Position numbers and translations under genes: made by a program
From: Bacteroidota bacterium
Lineage (GTDB): Bacteria; Bacteroidota; Bacteroidia; Chitinophagales; Chitinophagaceae
Reading direction: 5' to 3'
Assembly: GCA_016711825.1 (NCBI GenBank)
Contig: JADJSG010000006.1
Location: forward strand, 717,232-781,231
Length of the DNA: 64,000 nt
Part shown: positions 1 through 8,749 of the stretch, piece after piece
Layout of the letters: every line of letters starts with the position of its first letter
Position numbering within the stretch: position 1 is the first letter of the stretch
Notes under the pieces: model-generated
What the model was told of the DNA's origin: nothing
Seen by the model: the letters and a program-made list of their open reading frames with translations, nothing else
Database searches by the model: none

Positions 1-1254
1 AATGTCATCGACTCCTTTTTGCAAAGATGTATGAGCAAACCAAAGGTGTTTATATCGGTTGATTCCTCTCTTTGCAATAAAGATAGTACTATAATGCGCT
101 TGCATTTTGATGGCAAAGCCCCTTTTACATTTGATTTGTTTAAAAATAATGCATTAATAGGAAACTATACCACAGCCTCCAACGACTATGAAATAAACAT
201 TTTGAATGAAGGTCGTTATTACATTAATAACATCCTTGATAGTTTACAAACAGTAGGCTATAGTTCCGACACCTTTCATTATCGTAAAACCATCGCCCCT
301 TCTGTAAAGTTCTCAGTGATTGATTTTGATTGTATCAGTAATCAAAGCAAAATACAGTTTGAATTTACAGGCACTAGCCCCTTTAAAGCTTACTATAACA
401 ATAACAATACCTTTGATAGTTTGATGTTTAACCAAGTCAAAGATTCATTATGGTTTGAAAACGGTGATTATGCTTTTTTACAATTAAAAGATGCCAAAAA
501 TTGTATTTTACCCCTTGACAAACATTTTACTTTTGATCATTCACCCCTAAGTTTTCAATTGAACTCTATTGAATATGATTGTATTTTCAACAAAAATGAT
601 GTGTCTATTTCGTTGGCAGGTACTTTTCCGATCCATTTTATTTATTATGACAGTGTCATCAGCTCATACCGGTTTGAGATTATCCACAATAATGATTTTC
701 ATTTAAAATTAGACAGTGGAAAGTATCATTTTATATCATTAGCAGATTCAAATAATTGTACTTTACCTATTGATTCCACTATTAATATTAGCAATGAAAT
801 TAGTTTCAATCAAGGTATTTATAAAAATAAAATGCAACTAAAAGCCACCAATGAACAATTTTCAAAGTACTATTGGTATTTAAACAATCAACCCTATAAA
901 GAAACTACTGAACCTTATATAGATTTGATGGAAAGCGGAAAATATCAATTGGGAAATTATAGTTTACTTCATTGCTTACTTAAAACCCCGAGCATAGAAA
1001 TTGACCTTGGCAAAATCAATATATACCCAAATCCGGTTAGCAATATTGTCAATATTTTTATATCCCTAGAAAAAAATGAAATTGTCCAAGCTAAAATTAC
1101 TGATATAACGGGCAAAGTATTACGCCAAAAAACGATGAGAAATGGATTAAATCAATGGAACATTATAGACCTACCCAAAGGTATTTATTTAATTACCTTT
1201 GATACCGATATGGAATCAATCCGTTATGAACCTCAAAAATTACTAAAAAACTAA
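1..1254 (+). CDS. T9SS (type-A CTD) secreted protein, 5'-partial
   Basis: Frame 1 is open from nt 1 (NVIDSF...), so the gene begins upstream of the window. It has three ~90-aa Cys-bounded tandem modules. The C-terminus INIYPNPVSNIVNIF...GIYLITF is a T9SS sorting-domain signature. Confidence 0.7.
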   Translation, partial: NVIDSFLQRCMSKPKVFISVDSSLCNKDSTIMRLHFDGKAPFTFDLFKNNALIGNYTTASNDYEINILNEGRYYINNILDSLQTVGYSSDTFHYRKTIAPSVKFSVIDFDCISNQSKIQFEFTGTSPFKAYYNNNNTFDSLMFNQVKDSLWFENGDYAFLQLKDAKNCILPLDKHFTFDHSPLSFQLNSIEYDCIFNKNDVSISLAGTFPIHFIYYDSVISSYRFEIIHNNDFHLKLDSGKYHFISLADSNNCTLPIDSTINISNEISFNQGIYKNKMQLKATNEQFSKYYWYLNNQPYKETTEPYIDLMESGKYQLGNYSLLHCLLKTPSIEIDLGKINIYPNPVSNIVNIFISLEKNEIVQAKITDITGKVLRQKTMRNGLNQWNIIDLPKGIYLITFDTDMESIRYEPQKLLKN

Positions 1255-1290
1255 ATCGTTTATTCTGTTAGTGAATAATCATGGATTCAC

Positions 1291-3348
1291 TTAATTTTTA
1301 ACTCCTAAAAAGCTATAGTTTTTGCCATATTCCATCATTTGTGCAAAGAAAGAAGTTGGATATTCAATGGTCACATCTTTGATTTTTTCACCATCCATTA
1401 CGGCTACGAGTTTAGGTTGTATAAACCCACGATAAGGTTTTAATCCCAATGTTTGATACCTGTCCAGTATTTCTTTATGTAATACTTTATCTACTTTCAC
1501 TCCGTAGTTTTCTACCAATGCTTGTCCGGCTTTAAAATCACCTTCACTCTTAATTCGTTGAATTTCTTTCAATAAATCGCCAAATAATTTACGCAATTTT
1601 GCATAGTCATTGATTTGAACATAGGTTTTATTGTCTCTTTTTACAAATTGAATGACACTATCTTTTTTACCCATTTCATATACCCACATCGCATTTAATT
1701 GTCGATTACGCATATGGGCTTCTTCAATATTATCTCCTAATTTGATACGTGTTAACTGGGTCATCAAGCCATTCATGATATAACTGTCATATTCTGCTTT
1801 TGCTACATCCATATTGGGCATTACACCAATATCAATCAACTTTTGATCCATGATATAGTATAATCCCACTAAGTCAGCACGGGCTTCTTCAAGACAACTT
1901 GCATAGTTTTTTAATGTTTTATCGGTAGTTTCAACCCCTGGATTAATTTGTCCGGATGCGTGACCTATACATTCATGCATATCGGTATGTAAATCGCTGG
2001 CTAAAGCCCCATGTTCTTTGATACGTTTAATCACCTCGGCATTTAGGCCAAACTCATCAATAGTTCCTTTTTGTGCAGAAGCTACATTATAACTGTGTAT
2101 AATATTACTGAGTGATACTGATTTGCTTCCATGATCTTTTCTTATCCAATCAGCATTGGGTAAATTGATTCCAATAGCAGTAGAGGGTGCCAAGTCGCCA
2201 CTTTCGGCTATTACGGTAATTGCTTTTGCAATAATTCCTTTTACTTCTTTCTTTTTATGCTCAGGCATTAGAGGCGAGTTGTCTTCAAACCATTGGGCTT
2301 CTTTGGCAATGGCAGCAATCCGTTTAGTGGCTTCTTCGTCTTTTATACTTACATAACTTTCATAACTTCCTTTTTTACCTATCGCATCTAAATACACTTC
2401 AATAAATCCGTTGATGCCATCAATTTTACTGTCTGTATCCTTAACCCAAGCGATACTGTATTCATCAAAATCTTTTAAATCTCCGCTGCGTAAATATTTA
2501 ACCAACAACTGTAAGGTTTGTTTTTGTTTGTCGTTTTCTGCAACTGTGATTGCCTTATCTAACCAAAAACATATTTTATCGATTGAGGCTCCATACATAC
2601 CACCACTTTTCCATACTTTCTCGGTCACAACCCCGTTTTCTTTTACCACTTTGCTATTCAAACCCCAACTGGGTGCATTGCCCGTTGTAGGCATTTTGTC
2701 ATAATAGGCTTCAACCTCTTTTTGGGTAACCCCTTCATAAAAATTATTGCTTGATGCAACGATATTGTCGATACCCGAACGTAGATCTACACATTTAGGC
2801 TCTACTTTCAAATCATACAATAGTGGATTTACCCTTGTCCAAAAAGCTTCTACACTTTCCCCATTGTCTTTGGGTAAAGTAGCAGTATCACTATTCATTA
2901 CCAAGGTTTTGAAATAATCTGCACTACATTCAGGTATAAACTTTTCATTGCCATAGTGATGATGATTCCCATTGCTAAACCAAAATCTACCCGCATAATC
3001 AGCAAATTGTTTCCATTCACTGCTGGTTTTATCTCCTTTATAAGTTCCATAAATATTCTCAATGGTTTTGCGTAGCAAAATACCATATTTGCTTTTCTGA
3101 TCATAAATCATATCTCTACCACACATGGTTGCTTCATATAAATAATAACACAATTCTTTTTCTTTAGCTGTTAATTTTTCAAAACCAGGTACCTGATAAC
3201 GTAGTATTTGTAAGTCACCAAACGATTCAGCCATTACATCAAAGTTGGCTTCTTTGGTTTTACTTGTTTCTTTTGACGTGGTTTCATTTGAATTGCAGGC
3301 TGTGAATAATGCAATAGCAGCCGTAGCTAAAAGGGTAGAGAGTTTCAT
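1291..3348 (-). CDS. Dipeptidyl-peptidase III-like zinc metallopeptidase (M49 family), lipoprotein
   Basis: HECIGH (HEXXGH) and EEARAD (EEXRAD) zinc-binding motifs typical of M49. N-terminal lipobox ALFTAC. Confidence 0.8.
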   Translation of the reverse strand: MKLSTLLATAAIALFTACNSNETTSKETSKTKEANFDVMAESFGDLQILRYQVPGFEKLTAKEKELCYYLYEATMCGRDMIYDQKSKYGILLRKTIENIYGTYKGDKTSSEWKQFADYAGRFWFSNGNHHHYGNEKFIPECSADYFKTLVMNSDTATLPKDNGESVEAFWTRVNPLLYDLKVEPKCVDLRSGIDNIVASSNNFYEGVTQKEVEAYYDKMPTTGNAPSWGLNSKVVKENGVVTEKVWKSGGMYGASIDKICFWLDKAITVAENDKQKQTLQLLVKYLRSGDLKDFDEYSIAWVKDTDSKIDGINGFIEVYLDAIGKKGSYESYVSIKDEEATKRIAAIAKEAQWFEDNSPLMPEHKKKEVKGIIAKAITVIAESGDLAPSTAIGINLPNADWIRKDHGSKSVSLSNIIHSYNVASAQKGTIDEFGLNAEVIKRIKEHGALASDLHTDMHECIGHASGQINPGVETTDKTLKNYASCLEEARADLVGLYYIMDQKLIDIGVMPNMDVAKAEYDSYIMNGLMTQLTRIKLGDNIEEAHMRNRQLNAMWVYEMGKKDSVIQFVKRDNKTYVQINDYAKLRKLFGDLLKEIQRIKSEGDFKAGQALVENYGVKVDKVLHKEILDRYQTLGLKPYRGFIQPKLVAVMDGEKIKDVTIEYPTSFFAQMMEYGKNYSFLGVKN

Positions 3349-3694
3349 GTATAAAATTATTTGAACCGTAAAGATAGTTTATTATTAAATAGAGAGATTG
3401 TCAAAAGTTGCTAATAATTTTAACCCATCATGTTAACTGAAGATTTGTCCCCCCTGTTTTCTCTTCTGTTGATGCAATGTTTACCAGCATAAGATCGCTA
3501 TTGGGTGTTTTATGGAATCATAAAGTGTGCAAGATAAATATACCCATGTCACTTATCAAGCATTCAAATGAAAGAGGTAAAGGCTCTTTAAAAGAGTGTT
3601 TAATGCTACTGGACGAAACGGTCATGAATCGATTCACAATCTCAGCTTGGTATTACACGCTAAAAATGTAAACTCTATAGCAATTATCACTCTT

Positions 3695-3702
3695 TACTTT
3701 TG
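3695..3702 (+). promoter_or_regulatory. Candidate Bacteroidetes -7 box (TACTTTTG)
   Basis: Matches TAnnTTTG, 48 nt upstream of the ATG at 3750. Confidence 0.3.
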
Positions 3703-3749
3703 ATTATCCTATTGATTTACAATATCTTTAATTCCACTATTAAATTATT

Positions 3750-6700
3750 ATGAAGAAATTATTATCATTGTTTGTTGGGTTTTTTGTGTTTTGTAATGTG
3801 TATGCATCACATTGGGAAGCCGCTGTTTTACCCAATAGCAATTTTAAATACAAAATACCAACTGCCAATATTGCTAACTGGACTACCCCTTTGTATAATG
3901 ATGCAGCTTGGACCAATGGCCAATGTGGCATAGGTTATGGTGATGGCGACGATGTTAGTGTAGTGGCAGGTAATACCGTTTCATTTTATGTTCGCAAATC
4001 GTTTAACCTTGTTGACACTTCCACTATTTTGAATGGTATATTAAATATCGACTTTGACGATGCCTTTGTAGCTTATCTTAATGGAACCGAAATTGCACGT
4101 AGTGGTATGAATGCAGGCATACCCGCTTACAACGATATTGCGAATCAATCGCACGAGGCACAAATGTATCAAAATGGGAATCCTGAATATTATTTTATCA
4201 ATCAAACTTTGTTTAAAAGTTTAATCCGTAATGGAAACAACGTATTGTCAATCGAAATTCACAACGAAAGCGCAGCTTCGAGTGATTTAACGTGTATCCC
4301 TTTTTTAAATATAGAAATTGCAAACAATGTATACAATTACTCACCTACCCCTATTTGGTTTGTATCACCGATTACTTCAAGCAACTTACCGCTGATTATT
4401 ATCAATACCCTCAACAACCAGTCAATACCCGACGACCCCAAAATACAAGCCGATATGAAAGTCATTTATAACGGGGCGGGGCAAATTAATCATATAAACG
4501 ATGTGCCTAACTATCAAGGGATGATAGGTATTGAAGGTCGTGGGGCATTTTCACAAAGTTTGCCTCAAAAGCCCTATCTGCTTGAAACTTATCAAGGGGT
4601 GTTTGGCAACGACACCAATGTATCTCTTTTAAATATGCCCAAGGAAAATGATTGGATACTGCAAGCAACATACAACGATAAAACATTTTTACGCAATACC
4701 TTTTCATTCGATATGGCTCGTATCAGTGGCGAGTATGCCGCTCGTACCCAACATTGTGAGGTGATTATCAATGGTGAGTATATGGGTATTTATTTCCTTT
4801 GTGAAAGAATAAAAATTGATGAGCATCGTGTGAATGTTGAAAAATTAAATATCACAGACAATACCCCACCATTGGTTACCGGAGGCTATGTATTTAAACA
4901 TGATTACAGCGCTGCCGGCTGGACATCACAATGGACTGACCCTAACTGCCCTGCTACACCCCTTGAATATCAATATTATGACCCCAAACCAAACGTGATT
5001 ACAGGTGCTCAGGGTGCCTATATCAAAAGCTATGTAGATAGTTTTGAAACCGCCTTACTGGGGCCCAATTTTGCCAATCCTATTACAGGATTTAGAAAGT
5101 TTATAGATGAAAAATCGTTTATCGATTATTTATTAATCAACGAATTGGCCTTAAATGGAGATGGATTTAAAAAAAGCATGTATTTTCATAAAGACCGCAA
5201 TAAAAAAATAGTGGCCGGGCCTGTTTGGGACTTTGATTGGGCATTGAAATATTCACCCTGGATACCCAATAATTTATCGGGTTATTTTCATACCACCGAC
5301 CCATGTTCACAAGATGTACCTATCCTTTTTTGGTGGAAACGTATGATGCAAGACCCTGCTTTTGCCAACAGCGTTAAATGTCGTTATCAAACGATGCGTG
5401 CCTATGCGATGGATACCACACGGATGTTTTATTATATCGATTCAATGGCAAATTATTTAAATCAAGCTCAAGCCCGACATTATGTACGATGGCCTACTTT
5501 GGGTATCAATGTGGGTACTCCCGAAAATGGACCCATTCCGACGACCTTTGCAGGAGAAATTGAACGATTTAAACAATTTTATAGAGATAGAATATTATGG
5601 CTTGATGCCAATTTACCGGGCAACTGCTTAACCCCCTTACAAATGCCAATAGCCAATGCCATCGAATTTTCTGAATTGAATTACAACAGCGACAGCACCC
5701 GCAGTGCAGGCGACTGGATTGAGATACACAATAAAACAGGGAGTACCGTCAATATTTCGGGTTGGCAATTACAAGATAACCATATTGGTTTAAGGTATAC
5801 TGTTCCTAACAATACCACCATACCACCCAATGGCTATAAAGTATTTGCGAACAATATGGCAAAATTTGCCCAGCAATTTCCTGCAGTAAGCAATGTGTTA
5901 GGTCCTATTCCATTTGAGTTTAGCAACAATGGCGAAACCATTTCTCTCTTCACGCACATCGGTACTACAGCTGTACAAATGACCTATAGCGATAGTATAG
6001 GTTGGCCTTGCACTGCCGATGGTCATGGTCGCACGATGGAACTCATTGCTGCAGGTGCCAATCCTAATTTGCAAACTTCATGGTTTGATGGATGTATGGG
6101 TGGCTCACCTGGAGTGGCATTTTCTACATGTATCGAAAATCCGATTATTCAAGAAATCAATTATCATTCATCCCCTACAGCAGATGCAGGCGATTGGATT
6201 GAAATACATACCAAAACCAATACCTCAGTAAACTTAAGTGGTTGGAAAATAAGTGACCAAACGAATATAGGCTTTACCTTTGCTCCTGGTACAAGCATAC
6301 CACCCAATGGCTATGTAAGTGTATACAATGATTTAATTAAATTTCAAACGCAATACCCTACCGTTACCAATAAGTATGGTCCTTTTGCTTTTGGTTTGAG
6401 TAGTACCAAAGATGTGGTAAAACTTTTCGACAACTCGGGTCGTGTATTTCAGTCTGTTTGTTATTTATCCAGTGCTCCCTATACACCCTTGCCCAATGGA
6501 GGTGGATATTCACTGCAATTGATTGATTCGGTAGGCAATCTCAACAAAGCCAGCAACTGGGATCGATCATGTAACACTGGCACCCCTGGCGCCAAAAACA
6601 TCTATCCTTGCTGGGCCACAGGCATATCAGATGCTCAGGAAGAGAGCATCACACTATTTCCCAACCCTACTTATGACAAGCTCACCATTCGATTGAATCA

Positions 6701-6881
6701 TGAGCCCAAACACAATATTTATGTACAACTTATAGATATGACGGGTAAAACAATATTCAAAACCGATTACATTTCATCATATGAAATCGTACTTTCGATG
6801 GGCAACTATGCAAAGGGTATGTATTTGTTAGAGGTGATAGTGGATGGTAAACAATACAGAGAAAAATTGAATAAACTATAA
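3750..6881 (+). CDS. CotH kinase-family protein with two lamin-tail-like domains and a T9SS CTD
   Basis: Signal peptide. The central region resembles the CotH family (GGYVFKHDY, VWDFDWAL). Two ~150-aa repeats are present (ELNYNSDSTRSAGDWIEIHNKTGSTVNISGWQLQD and EINYHSSPTADAGDWIEIHTKTNTSVNLSGWKISD). C-terminal LFPNPTYDKLTI...GMYLLEV. Confidence 0.7.
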   Translation: MKKLLSLFVGFFVFCNVYASHWEAAVLPNSNFKYKIPTANIANWTTPLYNDAAWTNGQCGIGYGDGDDVSVVAGNTVSFYVRKSFNLVDTSTILNGILNIDFDDAFVAYLNGTEIARSGMNAGIPAYNDIANQSHEAQMYQNGNPEYYFINQTLFKSLIRNGNNVLSIEIHNESAASSDLTCIPFLNIEIANNVYNYSPTPIWFVSPITSSNLPLIIINTLNNQSIPDDPKIQADMKVIYNGAGQINHINDVPNYQGMIGIEGRGAFSQSLPQKPYLLETYQGVFGNDTNVSLLNMPKENDWILQATYNDKTFLRNTFSFDMARISGEYAARTQHCEVIINGEYMGIYFLCERIKIDEHRVNVEKLNITDNTPPLVTGGYVFKHDYSAAGWTSQWTDPNCPATPLEYQYYDPKPNVITGAQGAYIKSYVDSFETALLGPNFANPITGFRKFIDEKSFIDYLLINELALNGDGFKKSMYFHKDRNKKIVAGPVWDFDWALKYSPWIPNNLSGYFHTTDPCSQDVPILFWWKRMMQDPAFANSVKCRYQTMRAYAMDTTRMFYYIDSMANYLNQAQARHYVRWPTLGINVGTPENGPIPTTFAGEIERFKQFYRDRILWLDANLPGNCLTPLQMPIANAIEFSELNYNSDSTRSAGDWIEIHNKTGSTVNISGWQLQDNHIGLRYTVPNNTTIPPNGYKVFANNMAKFAQQFPAVSNVLGPIPFEFSNNGETISLFTHIGTTAVQMTYSDSIGWPCTADGHGRTMELIAAGANPNLQTSWFDGCMGGSPGVAFSTCIENPIIQEINYHSSPTADAGDWIEIHTKTNTSVNLSGWKISDQTNIGFTFAPGTSIPPNGYVSVYNDLIKFQTQYPTVTNKYGPFAFGLSSTKDVVKLFDNSGRVFQSVCYLSSAPYTPLPNGGGYSLQLIDSVGNLNKASNWDRSCNTGTPGAKNIYPCWATGISDAQEESITLFPNPTYDKLTIRLNHEPKHNIYVQLIDMTGKTIFKTDYISSYEIVLSMGNYAKGMYLLEVIVDGKQYREKLNKL

Positions 6882-6990
6882 TGTCTTTTTTATCAGAAAA
6901 ACAAATTTTTATTATTGAAATAGAAATTAAATTTGCGACACAAAAAATATTATCCATCTTTAGGGTTCCCTAAATAAAAAATATAAAACG

Positions 6991-7434
6991 ATGAAATATA
7001 ATGAATTAGTAGCCATTTCAGGATTAGGCGGTTTGTATCAATTAATGTCTACAAAAAGCGATGGTGCTATCGTAAAAAACTTAGATGATAACACTACCAA
7101 ATTTGTGGCGGCACGCTCACACAATGTGACCCCACTTGATAGTATTGAGGTGTTTACCATGACCGAAAATGTACGTTTGTATGAAGTGTTTCAAAGTTTT
7201 AAAATTCATGAAAGTGAAGTAGCTTCATTAGATGTAAGTAAAGCAGACAATAAAACCATTGCGAGTACTTTTGCTACTTTATTTCCTGCATACGACAAAG
7301 ATCGTGTGTATGTGAGCGACATGAAAAAGATGATCAAATGGTATGGCATCGTTAAAAAACTCAATCTCATCAATGAACCTGAAGCTGAAGAGACGGCTGA
7401 AACAGCTCCTGAGGAAGCAGGTACAGAAGCCTAA
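6991..7434 (+). CDS. Conserved Bacteroidetes protein (DUF5606-like), acidic C-terminal tail
   Basis: The N-terminus MKYNELVAISGLGGLYQL...IEVFT fits my memory of the DUF5606 family. No search was done. Confidence 0.5.
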   Translation: MKYNELVAISGLGGLYQLMSTKSDGAIVKNLDDNTTKFVAARSHNVTPLDSIEVFTMTENVRLYEVFQSFKIHESEVASLDVSKADNKTIASTFATLFPAYDKDRVYVSDMKKMIKWYGIVKKLNLINEPEAEETAETAPEEAGTEA

Positions 7435-7518
7435 AATATTCTATTTGTAGAATCAGATTATATTTTTAATTTTACGTTTCTATAAACCATTTATCATTTT
7501 TAAATTTTACCCCGTAAT

Positions 7519-7899
7519 ATGAACATTCCAGCAGAACTAAAATATACGAGCGACCATGAATGGGTTCGCATTGAAGGCAATACCGCTACCGTAGGCGTTA
7601 CCGATTTCGCACAAAGTGAATTGGGCGATATCGTATTTGTAGATATCAACACGGTTGGCAACGAACTCAAATCAGGTGACATCTTTGGCACTGTAGAAGC
7701 TGTAAAAACCGTTTCTGATTTGTTTTTACCTTTAAATGGCACTATTGCAGAAGTAAACCCAGGTTTGGAATCAAATCCTGAAGCGGTGAATTCAGATCCA
7801 TATGGCGAAGGCTGGATGGTAAAAGTAACTATTGCTGAAGGTGCAGACACTTCGTCTTTGTTAGATGCTGATGCTTATAAGGCATTGATTGGGGCGTAG
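7519..7899 (+). CDS. gcvH: Glycine cleavage system protein H
   Basis: 126 aa. YTSDHEWV start and lipoyl-lysine motif [10 protein letters not shown]. Confidence 0.92.
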   Translation: MNIPAELKYTSDHEWVRIEGNTATVGVTDFAQSELGDIVFVDINTVGNELKSGDIFGTVEAVKTVSDLFLPLNGTIAEVNPGLESNPEAVNSDPYGEGWMVKVTIAEGADTSSLLDADAYKALIGA

Positions 7900-7900
7900 A

Positions 7901-8152
7901 AGAGCCAATAGTACATAGCCAAAAGGGAATAGCCAAAAAAAGCCATTAGGGAGTAGCCAAAAGGGAGAAGTCAATAGCACTTAGCCATTAGCCAATAGGG
8001 AGAAGCCAATAGGGAGTAGCCAAAAGGCTTTTTGAATTGGAATGAATCCTTCATTTAAATAATAACTTATTCGCTGATACCTATTCACTAGTCACTTATA
8101 CCTATTCGCTATTCGCTAATAACTATTCGCTATTCACTGATACCTATTCGCC
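7901..8152. repeat. Two-armed short tandem repeat region (opposed arrays)
   Basis: Left arm 7901-8028 has ~10 copies of AGCCA(A/T)(A/T)AG(G). Right arm 8068-8152 has ~7 copies of (CT)ATTC(G/A)CT. The reverse complement of the right unit, AGCGAATAG, differs from the left unit at one base. Confidence 0.8.
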
Positions 8153-8165
8153 CGTCTTTTACATC

Positions 8166-8555
8166 ATGAGAAAGTTAATCCTGTTTTTTGAAACCCGTAA
8201 AAGGCTTACATTTTTTTTAGCCCTTGTATGGTCGATCGTGATATTCATAGGTTGTTCGATGCCGGGAAGAGAATTACCAAAGATTGGTATATTCGACCAT
8301 ATTGACAAGGTCATTCACTTTATTTTTTTTGCGGTATTTTTTGGCTTATGGTTTTTGTCAACGCCTAAAACCGCTGCATCTGTCCTATTCCTATTGGTCA
8401 TCTCCATCATTTATGGCTTTGGTCTTGAGTTTTATCAGTTACATTATGTCGCGGGTAGAAGTTTTGATGTATGGGACGGGGTGGCAGATACCGTGGGGGC
8501 ATTGTGTGGGTGGGGTGTGATGTGGTATAGTAAAATAGTAGAAAGTAGAAAGTAG
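8166..8555 (+). CDS. VanZ-like small membrane protein
   Basis: 129 aa with four hydrophobic segments. DKVIHFIFF and DVWDGVADTVGA motifs are typical of VanZ family proteins. Confidence 0.6.
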   Translation: MRKLILFFETRKRLTFFLALVWSIVIFIGCSMPGRELPKIGIFDHIDKVIHFIFFAVFFGLWFLSTPKTAASVLFLLVISIIYGFGLEFYQLHYVAGRSFDVWDGVADTVGALCGWGVMWYSKIVESRK

Positions 8556-8749
8556 AAAGAAAGGACATTGTTTGATAATGCTTACCCATTTTAATAAATG
8601 ATACCCATTACATATTAAATGTAGTAAAAATAGGTGTATAATGCTTACACACATTAAATTTCAGCTTATTATAAATGGACAATTTACATGAGTCGCAGTT
8701 GTTATTCATTCCCGAAAAAAAGCTTTTTTGGCTGCGTTGTTCGCTATTA

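Noticed and set aside
2156-2704. ORF-track entries lying antisense to or out of frame within well-supported genes. Examples are 2156-2356, 2411-2704, 7500-7850, 13004-13285, 22974-23393, 27922-28251, 28526-28879, 36000-36356, 45431-45679, 50721-51404 and 58580-58867, among many others.
   Set aside because: They are shadow ORFs inside genes with strong family signatures. They have low-complexity or Cys/Phe/Ser-rich translations, no signal or family motifs and no independent promoter spacing.
3477-3671. A 64-aa ORF in the divergent gap between the M49 peptidase and the CotH gene.
   Set aside because: It has no motif and an odd composition. It covers the stretch just upstream of the candidate CotH -7 box at 3695-3702. 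It is more likely non-coding.
7435-7518. A possible glycine riboswitch upstream of gcvH.
   Set aside because: The 84-nt leader is almost pure A/T and lacks the conserved GGAGAG...CACCG-type cores of glycine aptamers.
7901-8152. The repeat-dense region was considered as a CRISPR array.
   Set aside because: The units are 9-12 bp, directly abutting, degenerate and without unique spacers. There are no cas genes in the window.
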